Shown: piece after piece, positions 29,931 to 40,659 of the stretch
Numbering within the stretch: the first letter of the stretch is position 1
Layout: every line of letters begins with the position of its first letter
NCBI GenBank assembly: GCA_963703225.1
Contig: OY969801.1
Location: forward strand, 320,001 to 384,000
From: Candidatus Eiseniibacteriota bacterium
GTDB taxonomy: Bacteria; Eisenbacteria; RBG-16-71-46; SZUA-252
Direction of reading: 5' to 3'
Length of the DNA: 64,000 bases
The notes under the pieces: generated by a model
The model's input: only the letters and a program-made list of their open reading frames with translations
Databases searched by the model: none
What the model was told of the DNA's origin: nothing
Translations under genes and position numbers: made by a program

Positions 29931-30869
29931 ATGCCCGCCTCGGCAGCGAGATCCGCAGCACAGGACTATCGCGCGGCCCGGGAAAAGGCCGCCCCGGTGG
30001 ACCTATCGGCCTGGACCGTCATGCGGTTACGGGGGGCTGACACCCGCAGCTTCCTCCAGGGAATCGCGACGCAGGACTTCGAAGGCCCTCCTTTGGCGGG
30101 CGCGCTCCCGACGTTGTTCCTGACCGAGAAGGGGCGCCCGGTCGCATTGGCGTGGGCCCAAGCCGCACCCGATGGGTTAAGTGCCTGGATCATCTCCGAT
30201 GAGGGGGCGCGGGAAACCCTGGGTCCACACTTCGAGCGATTTCGCGTCATGGAAGACGTGGAGTTCGATGGACCGGAGGGAATGCCGCGCTTGCTCGGAT
30301 TCGTGGGGCCGGAGCGCAACGCGCTCCTTCGTCACGCCGCGGCTTCGATTCCCGGTGCCGTGCTTCTCGAGAGCGACCCGATTTCGTTCCTCCTCGCGCC
30401 CGTGGGCGCTGCCGCCGCGCCGGTGGGGGTCGCCGCGGGGCCGCTTTCCTTCATGGATCCCTCTGCCTTCGAGGCGTGGCGACTCGCGGTCGGGCTTCCC
30501 CGCACGGGAATCGACCTCAATCCCGAGCGGATCGCGACCGAGCTGAGCTACCCCGATGCGATATCAATGACAAAGGGCTGCTATGTGGGGCAGGAAATCG
30601 TGTCGCGCACCTCCAATCGGGGGCAGGTGAGGCGTCAGCGTGTCGGATTTCGATTCGACTGGTCGGGGGAGCCGATCCCGGCGCGAACGGAGATCCGGGC
30701 GGGCGGGGCCGTCGCCGGCTACGTCACGAGCAGCGCCCCGGAGCCTGAAACGACTGAGGGACTCGGGATGGGCTTCCTCTCCACCGACCCACTCCAGCTC
30801 GGCCTCGAGGTGATCGCGGTCGATGGGGTGAAGTCGACCCATTTGCGGGTTGCGCCTTGGCCGCTTTGA
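29931..30869 (+). CDS. ygfZ: YgfZ/GcvT-family folate-binding protein
   Basis: Signature KGCYVGQE; GADTRSFLQG. Confidence 0.88.
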   Translation: MPASAARSAAQDYRAAREKAAPVDLSAWTVMRLRGADTRSFLQGIATQDFEGPPLAGALPTLFLTEKGRPVALAWAQAAPDGLSAWIISDEGARETLGPHFERFRVMEDVEFDGPEGMPRLLGFVGPERNALLRHAAASIPGAVLLESDPISFLLAPVGAAAAPVGVAAGPLSFMDPSAFEAWRLAVGLPRTGIDLNPERIATELSYPDAISMTKGCYVGQEIVSRTSNRGQVRRQRVGFRFDWSGEPIPARTEIRAGGAVAGYVTSSAPEPETTEGLGMGFLSTDPLQLGLEVIAVDGVKSTHLRVAPWPL

Positions 30870-30904
30870 GTTTCTCTTCAAAGCCTTCGTCGACCGGCCT
30901 GGTA

Positions 30905-30926
30905 GTGCCTCATCTTGATGAGGCAC
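30905..30926. other. Perfect inverted repeat (possible terminator or operator)
   Basis: gtgcctcatc-tt-gatgaggcac between ygfZ and the next promoter; no U-tract. Confidence 0.5.
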
Positions 30927-30948
30927 CACCGCCCGCCGCCGTGGGTGG

Positions 30949-30977
30949 TTGACTTAAGTCCCTATATTTGATATACT
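30949..30977 (+). promoter_or_regulatory. Sigma70-type promoter of protease module 1
   Basis: TTGACT-17 nt-TATACT with extended -10 TG. Confidence 0.7.
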
Positions 30978-31111
30978 TCCGGCTTCGCTGGCGAAATTTC
31001 GCCCAGAGGTCGACGGCGCCCGCCGTCCCCCGACTCCAAGTCAACGCCAGCGCGCCGTGGCCCGCTCGGGATCCAACCCCGCTCTAGCGGCCCGGCATGA
31101 GGGGAGCAAGC

Positions 31112-31717
31112 ATGAGCCGCGCCATTCGTCTCGCCGCGGTCGCGTTTGCCGGGTTCGCATTCTTCAGCGCGAGCCTGGCCGGCGCCACCACGGTTCAGAA
31201 GTACACCGTGACGGACCTCGCCAAGAAATCGGACTCCATCGTCCGGGCACGGGTCGAGGGCCAGATCAGCCGATGGGGTGATACGAGGAAAGAGATTTAC
31301 ACCTACATCACGCTGAGCGTTCTGGAGTCGGTGAAGGGTGCCCCGAACGAGAAGACGGTCACGATCCGCCAGCTCGGGGGCTCCGTCGACAACCTGGTCT
31401 CGGTCGTCCCGGGCATGCCCTCCTTCAAGAATGGCGAGGAAGTCGTTCTCTTTCTCAGCAAGAAGGACCCGGCCGGCTACTCCTGGGTCGTGGGTCTCCA
31501 GCAGGGCAAGTACTCGGTCCTCACGGACGACAGCGGCATGAAGAACGTCCGGAACGAAATCCAAGGCCTTCGACTGCTCTCCCCGAATGGCGCCGCCACC
31601 GAGCAGCGTCAGACGGATCAGCTTCCGCTGGCCGCGTTCCTGGCGAAGATCAAGAGCGACCTGAAGCTCAATGGGATGATTCAGGTCGACAAGAGCCACC
31701 CCACCCCAATCAAGTAA
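31112..31717 (+). CDS. Secreted hypothetical protein, partner of metalloprotease (copy 1)
   Basis: Signal peptide; TTVQK..V.DLAKKSDSIV...IYTYITLSVLESVKG...IRQLGG...PGMPSFK.GEEVVLFL. Confidence 0.8.
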   Translation: MSRAIRLAAVAFAGFAFFSASLAGATTVQKYTVTDLAKKSDSIVRARVEGQISRWGDTRKEIYTYITLSVLESVKGAPNEKTVTIRQLGGSVDNLVSVVPGMPSFKNGEEVVLFLSKKDPAGYSWVVGLQQGKYSVLTDDSGMKNVRNEIQGLRLLSPNGAATEQRQTDQLPLAAFLAKIKSDLKLNGMIQVDKSHPTPIK

Positions 31718-31733
31718 AGGAGGGCGAGCCATC

Positions 31734-34461
31734 ATGAACCGCAATCAGATCCGCTTCGCCGTCCTGCTCTGCGGGGCGGTCTTGCTCCTCGTTTCGAATC
31801 CGGCTTCGGCGTTCGTCCGTATCGCGGGCCAGGCTTCTCCGGCGTCTCCGGTCGTGCAGGCGCACTGGCTCGATTCCGATCTGCCGCTGAGCAGCGTCAT
31901 CGACGCGACCAACAACGACCAGCCTACGGCCACGGCGTTGGCGGTGATCCAGGCGGCCGCGCAGACGTGGCAGGATATTCCCACCTGCTATTTCACCATC
32001 AACGCGCACCCGTTCGCGGGAGCGCCCGAGCTTCCGCCGACCCTCGCGTTCGACGACCAGAACAGCGTCCTCTTCTTCACCGACACGACCGGCGACGTCT
32101 TCGCGCCGGGCGTGATCGAATTCGTCCGCACCGTGTTCGACGCGACGACCGGCCAGACGCTGGACGCGGACATGGTCTTCAACGACCGGGACTTCTTCGC
32201 GTCGGTCTCGACGCCCGATCTCACGCCGGCCCCTCCCGGATCAGTTCTCGGTCGATATGCAATCGGTGATGACGCATGAGTACGGCCACTATCTGGGCCT
32301 CGACCACACGAGCATTACCGGCGCGACGATGGTCCCGTTCGTGACGCAGGACATCAGCATGCGGACGATCGAGCTGGACGATCGCGCCGGCGCATCGACG
32401 ATCTATCCGGAGTCCGCGTCGCGCCCGGGCGGCCTTTCTCCCGGCGGCATCGACTTCGCGGCCACCACCGGGACGGTGACCGGCACCGTGCTGAGCGGGT
32501 TCAACGGCTCGGCGGTCTTTGGCGCGCATGTCGAGGCGTTCTTGCTCACCGCGCCAACGCCCGAGAATCAGATCAGCGCCATCTCGGGCGAGCTGACCCT
32601 GCGAAACGGGCAGGGCGACTTCACGATTCACGGCCTCCCGCCCGGGCCCTACGCCATCGCGATCGTTCCGCTCGACGGGGTTCACACGATCGCTTCGGAC
32701 GCGAACATCGGCGGGCCCTATTCGGGCCTGGACACCAACTTCGAGCCCGAATTCTGGAATGGGGCCGGCGAGGGCGGGAACGGCTTCGTCGACCAGGCGA
32801 ATGACTTCGCGCCGGTGATCGTCGGCGCCGGGGCGAACTCGGGCGGCGTCAATTTCATCACGAACGCGTTTCCCGGTCGCGTGGTCATCGCCCAGTACGG
32901 TGAGTTCGAGAACATCGTGACGTTCGCGAACACCGGGTACATCGCCGTTCGATTCGATCCGCCGTTCGAGGCGCCATTCACGATTACGAACGTCGAATTC
33001 CCTTCGTTCACATTCAACGGCGTGCCCGCCGTATTTCCGAGCGCGCGACTTTGCAAGCTGGACCGCATGACCGGTCTACCGGACATCGCCCATCCGCTGC
33101 TCCTACAGGCGCCGTTCGTGGGGAGCCCACTCGGGGTGAACACGGTCCCGTTGAACCTTCCGGTTCGCAGGGAGGATCGCACTCTCTTCTGGGTGCTCGA
33201 GTTCCCCTCGGCGGCGGCCGATTTCCCGCTCAACTTCCCGTTTCTCTTCATGGACTTTGTCCAGATGGAGCGGGGGCACTTCGGGAATACCTACTCGGTG
33301 CCGCTGGGAGACGTGAACGCGGGGATTCTCATCGACCGGAACGTCATCGTCAGCATGACGTGCCAGATGGCGTCGCCGCGGCTGACGCCGATCGCGGCGC
33401 CGTCCAACCTCGGAGCGAATCGGATCGATCGGGCGGTCGAATTCAGCTACGCCCCGCCGGGCGACGTGCGGGGTGACGGATTCCCGATGCGGGACCATTC
33501 GCTCGATCACGTCGAGCTGATCGTCCGGAAGGTGGGCGCCCCGGGCACCTATTCGACGGTAGCATTCGGTGGATCTCGTGCGGACCGGATCAGGCTCGAC
33601 CGTCCGGTGCCCAAGAACTCGCTCCTCATCTGGTCCACCCAAGCGGTCGACCAGAGCTGCCATACGAGCCTGCAGTCTAACGTCACGGTCACGGGCATTG
33701 TGGAGGACGCGGACGAGCCAAACGGGAGACGGGGCGATGCCACGCTGCTCGCCCCGCCGGTGGTCAACCGCGTGGAGACCTACTCGCCGGCGGGAGACCA
33801 GGACTTTTTTCGAGTGTTTGCGAAGCCGGGCGACGTGATCGACGTCAGCGCGACCCACCTCGGCGCCCTCGACGGAGCCAACGACCCTGACTACGTGATG
33901 TTTCTCTACGACGGCGACGGCAACATCGTCGCGTTCAACGATGATTTCAGCGGACTCGATCCTCACATCGTATACAACGTGCCTCCGGTGACAACCGCGG
34001 CACGCGGGAGGTTCCTAGGTAAGTACTCGGTGCAGGTGACCGACTACTACGGGTCGCTCCTGAACCCAACGGGAGCGCCGAGACTGCCCACCGGGCCGTT
34101 CTACGCTCTGAACGCGACCGTCACGACGCCGCCCGGTGGCGCGGCGCCGGTGACCGCGGGGTTGGATCCCAATCAATACCAGTTCGTGAACAGCGGGCCG
34201 AACCCAGCCAATCCGGTGTCAAAACTTCTATACATCATCCCCTTGAGCCAGGGGCCGCAGAGCGTGCGGCTTCGGATTTACGACGTGGCTGGGCGGTTGG
34301 TTCGGACCCTCGTGGACGGGGTCAAGTCTCCGGGGCCGTACACGGCGATCTGGGACGGGCGGGACGACCACAGCCGATCCGTGGCGTCGGGGAACTACTT
34401 CGCCCGGATGGAGATGGGGAGCTCGTTCACCAAGAATACGCAGATCACGATCTTGAAGTAG
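31734..34461 (+). CDS. Secreted matrixin-like metzincin metalloprotease with C-terminal FlgD-Ig-like domain (copy 1), frameshift at about 32240-32256
   Basis: RBS AGGAGG and signal peptide at 31734; HEYGHYLGLDH plus Met-turn ATM; C-terminal LRIYDVAGRLVRTL...WDGRDD...VASGNYFARM. Confidence 0.85.
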
Positions 34462-34528
34462 GTGGAGTGGGCCGAATTCGCGGGGGCGTGCGGGGTAACC
34501 CGCGCCGTCCCCGTCGCGTCCCCGGCCA

Positions 34529-34557
34529 TTGATCTCAGTCGCAAAACGTGATATAAT
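34529..34557 (+). promoter_or_regulatory. Sigma70-type promoter of protease module 2
   Basis: TTGATC-17 nt-TATAAT with extended -10 TG. Confidence 0.7.
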
Positions 34558-34809
34558 CCCGCCCTCGCTGGCAGAAGAGATATTTTTCTCGACGGCGCCC
34601 GCCGTCACTGGATGTTGACGCTCTAGTCGCAATCATCGGTCCACTCAAACACTGGGTTCCGCTTGCGGTGCCTGTGGAGGGGGGTGAGAACCGAAGAGAT
34701 CACGCGACAACGTTTCCCGCGCAACGGCACAAGCCCCAATCTCGCGCGACGGACGGAAGAAGTACAGTCCTCCCCGCCGCCCCACAGGTCCACCGCAGGA
34801 GAAAAGGCG

Positions 34810-35416
34810 ATGAAGCGCGCACGCATGACTGCTATTGCTGCGCTCGCCGGGATCGCGCTGTTCGGCGCGAACCTCGCGAACGCCACCACGGTCCAAAAAT
34901 TCTCCGTCAGGGATCTCGCCAAGAAATCCAACTCCATCGTCATGGCAAAGGTCGAGGACCAATCCAGCCGCCAGGACGGTGTCGAGCAAGGAAATCTACA
35001 CGTACATCACGCTCAGCGTTCTCGAGTCCGTCAAGGGCGCGAAGGGTGAGAAGTTCATCACGATTCGCCAGCTCGGCGGCACGGTCGGGAACCTCATTTC
35101 CGTCGTTCCGGGCATGCCCAGCTTCAAGACCGGCGAAGAGGTCGTCGTCTTCCTGAGCGCCAAGGACCAGGCCGGCTATCCCTGGGTCATGGGGCTCCAG
35201 CAGGGCAAGTATTCGGTCGTCATGGACGATAACGGCCTCAAGCACGTTCGGAACGAGCTGGAGGGGCTCGAGCTGCTATCGCCGAACGGATCGGTCGACG
35301 AGGGCAAGGTGTCGGGCGAGCTTCCGCTGAGCGCCTTCCTGGACGGAATCAAGACCGACCTGAACGTCGATGGCAAGGTTAAGGTCGATTCCAGCACCCC
35401 CACCCCGATCAAGTAG
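34810..35416 (+). CDS. Secreted partner protein (copy 2), frameshift at about 34978
   Basis: Paralog of 31112-31717: MKRARM...ATTVQKFSVRDLAKKS joins KEIYTYITLSVLESVKG...PTPIK* across a frameshift. Confidence 0.8.
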
Positions 35417-35432
35417 AGGAGGACGATCAGTC

Positions 35433-38175
35433 ATGAATCGCAATCGATTTCGCATGATCGCCGCCGTCCTGCTCTGCGGGGCGGTTGTTCTCTCGCTCGC
35501 TTCACCTGCTTCGGCGTTCATTCGCATCGCGCGCCAGGCGACGCCAACCAGCCCGGTCGTGCAGGCGCACTGGCTCGATACGGATCTTCCGCTCCCGAGC
35601 GTCATTGATCCAACAACACCGGATCAGCCGGCCGCGACTGTTCTCGCCGATCGTCCAGGCATCGGCGATAGCTTGGCAGGACATCAATACGTCCTATTTC
35701 ACGGTGAATCCCGTTCCGTTCACGGGGACGCCACAGCTACAGCCGTCGCTCGCCTTCGACGGGCAGAACAGCATGTTCTTCGACCTGCCGGGCGTGAACT
35801 TTCCCGTGGCCGGCGTCATCGCGTTCGTCCGCTCGGTCGTCGATGGTACGACCGGCCAGACCCTCGATGCGGACCTCGTCTTCAACGACCGCGACTTCTT
35901 CTGCTCCGTGTCGACGCCCAACCTGACCCCGGCACCCGCGGGGCAGATCTCGGTCGATCTCCAGGCCGTGGTCACCCACGAGTACGGGCACTACTTCGGC
36001 CTGGACCACACCAGCATCACCGGCGCGACGATGATCCCGTTCATCTCGAATGACATCAGCCAGCGGTCGCTGGAGCTGGACGATCGCGCCGGAAACTCCA
36101 CGATCTACCCCGAGTCCGCTTCGCGGCCGGGCGGACTCTCGCCGGGCGCCGTCGACTTCGCGGCCACCACGGGCACGGTCTCCGGAACCTGCGTGAGCGG
36201 GTACAACGGGTCGGCCCTCTTCGGGGCGCACGTCGAGGCCTTCCTCCTTTCGGCTCCGACGCCCGCCAACTCGATCAGCGCCATCTCGGGTGAGCTGACG
36301 CTCCGGAACGGCCAAGGCGACTACACGATCCACGGCCTCCCGCCGGGCGACTACGCCATCGCGATCGTTCCCCTCGATGGGATTCATACGACCGCGGCGG
36401 ACGCCAACGTCGGCGGTCCCTATGCCGGACTCGACATCAATTTCGAGCCCGAATTCTGGAACGGCGCCGGCGAGAGCGGAAACGGCTTCAACGATCACGC
36501 CAACGACTTCTCCACGGTCACGGTGGCCGCCGGAGCCAATTCGGGCGGCGTCAATTTCATCTCCAACACGTTCCCGGGACGCGTGACCATCGCGCAGTAC
36601 GGCGCGTTTGAAAACGTCGTGACCTTCCGGAGCACCGGCTACCTGGCGGTGCGCTTCGATCCGCCGTTCGCCGTGCCCTATACCATTGCGAATGTCGAAT
36701 TCCCGTCGTTCACCTTCAACAACGTTCCGGCCCCGTTCCTGAGCGCCAAGCTTTGCGCGCTCAGCCAGGCGACCGGGCTCCCGGACATCGCGAATCCGCT
36801 TGTCAACCTGACTCCGTTCACCGGCAGCCCGAACGGCGTGAACACGGTTCCGATCAACATGGTTGTTACTTCGACCAGATCAGACGTTCTTCTGGGTGCT
36901 CGAATTCCCCTCGCAGTCGACCCCCGGGTTCCCGAACAACTTCCCGTTCCTGCGCATGGACTTCGTGCAGATGGAGCGGGGACATTTCGCGAACTCGTAC
37001 ACGGTTCCTCTCACCGGTCCGGGGGCGGGCATTCTGGTCGATCGCAATATCGCCGTCAGCATGACCTGCCAGATGGGGAACGACGCGAATACGCCGATCG
37101 ATCGCGACGTCGAACCTCGGCGCCAATCGCCAGCTGGAGTTACACGGAGTTCAACTACGTCCGGCCGGGGGACGTGCGGGCCGACGGGTTCGCGATGCCC
37201 ATGGGCTCGCTGAAGCACGCGCACCTGATCGCCCGATCGGTTGGCGCTCCGGGTACCTACACCACGATCGATACCAAGGGGGACAACGGAAATCCGTTCA
37301 AGCTCGACCCGCCGCCGCCCAACAACGTCCTCACGATCTGGTCCTCCCAGGCCGAGGATGCGGGTCATCACAGGAGCATTCAATCCAACGTGACGATCAC
37401 CGGCCTCAGCGAGGACGTGGACGAGCCCAACGGAAAGCCGAAAGGGGACGACGCGACCCCGCTCACGCTGCCGGTCGCCAATCGCCCCGAAACCTACTCG
37501 CCGGCCGGCGATCAGGACTTCTACTCGCTCTCGGCCAAGGACAGGTGACGTGATCGACGCGAGCGCGGTGCACACAGGAGCGCTCGACGGTCGGAACGAT
37601 CCCGACTACGTGATGTTCCTGTTGGACAAGAAGGGGAACATCGTCGCGTTCAACGACGACTTCTCCGGGCTCGATCCCAGAATCGTCTTCACCGTTCCGC
37701 CGGCGGGCGATCACGAGAACGCCGAAGGATCAGAAGTTCGTGATCCAGGTGACCGACTTCTACGGGTCCCTCGTGAACCCGACGGGCGCTCCGAGAATTC
37801 CGAGCCCGTTGACGTACGCGCTGAACACGACGGTCACGCCGCCGGCCGCTCCGGCGGCGGTCCTTTGCCGCCGGGGTCCGTCCGGATGAGTTCCAGTTCG
37901 TGAACAGCGGGCCCAATCCGGCCAATCCGCTCTCGAAGTTCCTCTTCATCATCCCGCAGAATCAGGGGATGCTGGATGTGAAGCTGAGAATCTTCGACGT
38001 GAACGGGCGCATGGTTCGCACGCTTGTGAACGACGCTCGGGGGCCCGGTGCGTACACGGCGATGTGGAACGGACGGGACAACCTGGGCCGCTCGGTCGCG
38101 TCGGGCAACTACTACGCCCGGATCGATATGGGTGGCTTGTTCGCGAAGAACATGCAGGTCACGATTCTGAAATAG
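35433..38175 (+). pseudogene. Matrixin-like metzincin with FlgD-Ig domain (copy 2); about six frameshifts (likely assembly indels, gene may be intact)
   Basis: Collinear paralog of copy 1 (HEYGHYFGLDH, ATM, ETYSPAGDQDF, NSGPNPANP) spread across frames with breaks near 35645, 36875, 37100-37135, 37545, 37720 and 37860. Confidence 0.75.
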
Positions 38176-38179
38176 ACCT

Positions 38180-40630
38180 GTGCCGATCGATGCCATGGGG
38201 GGGCCGGCGGCTGCCGCCGGCCCCCGTTTCATTCGGTTTCTTGGGATCGCCGTATGGCTGACGCTGGCGACGGCGTCGGCCGCGGCCTCCGACTGGATAC
38301 CGCCGCGTCCCATCACGGCGGTCCTGCCCGGGGCCACGCTGGCTCCCAGCTCGACGCACGTTCTCCAGATGGTCGTCCGAGCGAACGGGACGCCGGCGGA
38401 TCTTTCCTGGACCGCGTCGTTCTCAGGGGAATATCCCGCGATCATCTCCCCGACCGCCGGATTGCTTTCCATCGAGGCGGGCAGCGTGGGGACCGTCAAC
38501 TTCACGGTGACCCTCTCGGACACCGCGAACGGGGCCGGGTTCCTATCGGTCGATCTGAGGTACCAAGCCGGCGGGGCGCGCGCGGGCAAGGTGGTGGGCA
38601 CGGTGCTCGCCGCCATACTCGGTCTGCCCGAGGTGAAGCCGGTGCCAGGCTCGTTCCTCGCGGCCGCGGGCAGCTCGGGCTTCATGAGTTATCAGCTCCA
38701 CAGCTTGATTGGTTCGGCGGATCTTCTCGATCTGGCGGTGAGCCGCGTCAACCCCGACCCCAACAATGATGGTGCGCTCTTTGCCGTCAGCCCGTTCGAC
38801 ACGTCGGTGACGTTGGCTGCCGGAGGCACGCTCACCCTATCCGTCCCGACGACCCTCGCCGCGAACGCGTACGCGGGAAACCTCAACGAGATCCGCTTCA
38901 CCGCGAACGGCGCGGCGGGGACCTCGATCGCGGCGGCGCACGCGATCGTGTCGGCCACGCAGGCGGGCTCGCTCCCCACGGCGCTCGTGCCGATCGGCCT
39001 GACGCCGTTGGACGCCGCGGCCGCGGGACGCGACGGTTCGGTGTTCCTCCCCCTGCGTGGCTACCGATTGTTTCCGACAGGAATCAGCGGCGTTCGGGTG
39101 ATGCGGGAGGTTTCCACCGACTCGATCGGGCTGCTTGATTCCGATGGAGACGGCGTCGACGATCGGGTCATCGGCACGATCCGGATCCCCGCTTACGCCG
39201 CGGCGCTCGCCGTGATTCCGGGGTTCGTGACCGCGGCGGGCGAGACCCTCGACGTCGGCCTTATGGCCGCGGGCCGGGGCGGCCTCATGCTGCTCGATCT
39301 TCGAACGATCGAGGATCCGACATTCGGGGCCTGGGAAGATTTCTTCGACGTCGACGCGAACGGAATCGACGATCGCATCCTGCGCACCATCCCGCTCTCG
39401 GGCTTCGCCACCGACGTCGAGTGGTTCCGGACGCCCTCGGGGCGTGCGGTAGCCCTTGTCGCCGACGCCGACAGCGGATCGGTCGCCGTCTCGTCGACCT
39501 ACAACCCCGCTCTCGCCGTCGCTGGAACCGGACAAGGGATCGTGGCGATCGACGTCGGGGCCGCGCTCGACTTCATCGGGAATCCGCCCTTCGCGGCCGG
39601 ATCGATCGCCACGCCGGGGAGCGCGCTCGATCTGGAGTTGCGCGGCGGATCATCGCCCGACCTCGCGGTCGCGGACGGCGCCTCCGGTGTGTCGGTCTAC
39701 GGCCTCAGCGCTTCGAGCGGGATCCCGGCGGTCGTGACGTTCACGCCGCGCGGAACGGTCGCGCTCTCGACCGCGTGGGGGACGCCCTACGCGCGCGACC
39801 TCGCGTGGGTCTCGAACACCAAGGACAGCAGCTACGTCGCCGTGGCCGCGTCGGCCGGCGGAATGCAAATCGTTCGAGCGCCTGCTCCCGGGGGCGGCGC
39901 GCCAAGCCTCGTCCTCACGCAGCAGACGCTGTCCCCCGCGATCGGCATCGCGGGCTCCTGGACCGGCACGATCGCGGTGGCCGCGGGCGCCGGCGGGGTC
40001 GCCCTGATGCGCGCCCCGGGCGCGGGTTTTCTGAACCGGATCGCGCCGGCGGCCGCGGCGCCCTTCACGGCGCCGGTCACCCTGGCGCGGGGCATACCCT
40101 GGGCGGCGACCGGCGCGGCCCTCGAGATCGCAGCACATCAGACACCGTCGGGCGGCGCTTCGGCGCTCTGCTTCGAGGCGACCGCGGGGCCGATTCCGGA
40201 TCTCCTCGTCAGCGACGGCACTCGCCTCCTCGCCCTTCGGCCCGGCTCGGCACCGGTCACCTCGATCGAGGTGGAGCCGACGACACCGGCGGCGCAACGC
40301 GTCCGGCTCGCCGTTGCCCCCAACCCGGTCGAGCGGAACGCGGTCTTCGAGGTTCGCTCGGAGTGGGTTGCCACGGGGGATGGGACCGGTTTTCGGGCCA
40401 TGGGCTCCGGGCCGCCGTTGGGGCCAGTTCGGCTCGACATCTACGACGTGCGGGGGCGCTTGGTGCGCCGGCTGACCTTAGCGCGGGGCAACTCGCTTCC
40501 GGTGGCGCGTCTCGTGTGGGACGGTCAGGATGAGGCGAGGCGACGGGTAGGATCTGGCCGCTACTGGGCTCGGGTCACCCAACTCCACGGAACCCGAACG
40601 GCGGTCGCTCGCTTCTTGGTTCTTCGCTAG
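38180..40630 (+). CDS. Secreted beta-rich (propeller-like) protein with C-terminal FlgD-Ig-like domain
   Basis: Signal peptide; LAVADGASGVSVY-type blades; DSDGDGVDDR and DANGIDDR loops; APNP...LDIYDVRGRLVRRL...WDGQD...GSGRYWARV. Confidence 0.75.
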   Translation: MPIDAMGGPAAAAGPRFIRFLGIAVWLTLATASAAASDWIPPRPITAVLPGATLAPSSTHVLQMVVRANGTPADLSWTASFSGEYPAIISPTAGLLSIEAGSVGTVNFTVTLSDTANGAGFLSVDLRYQAGGARAGKVVGTVLAAILGLPEVKPVPGSFLAAAGSSGFMSYQLHSLIGSADLLDLAVSRVNPDPNNDGALFAVSPFDTSVTLAAGGTLTLSVPTTLAANAYAGNLNEIRFTANGAAGTSIAAAHAIVSATQAGSLPTALVPIGLTPLDAAAAGRDGSVFLPLRGYRLFPTGISGVRVMREVSTDSIGLLDSDGDGVDDRVIGTIRIPAYAAALAVIPGFVTAAGETLDVGLMAAGRGGLMLLDLRTIEDPTFGAWEDFFDVDANGIDDRILRTIPLSGFATDVEWFRTPSGRAVALVADADSGSVAVSSTYNPALAVAGTGQGIVAIDVGAALDFIGNPPFAAGSIATPGSALDLELRGGSSPDLAVADGASGVSVYGLSASSGIPAVVTFTPRGTVALSTAWGTPYARDLAWVSNTKDSSYVAVAASAGGMQIVRAPAPGGGAPSLVLTQQTLSPAIGIAGSWTGTIAVAAGAGGVALMRAPGAGFLNRIAPAAAAPFTAPVTLARGIPWAATGAALEIAAHQTPSGGASALCFEATAGPIPDLLVSDGTRLLALRPGSAPVTSIEVEPTTPAAQRVRLAVAPNPVERNAVFEVRSEWVATGDGTGFRAMGSGPPLGPVRLDIYDVRGRLVRRLTLARGNSLPVARLVWDGQDEARRRVGSGRYWARVTQLHGTRTAVARFLVLR

Positions 40631-40659
40631 GCGCGTTGGCCGCGCCATCCCAGCGTGGG

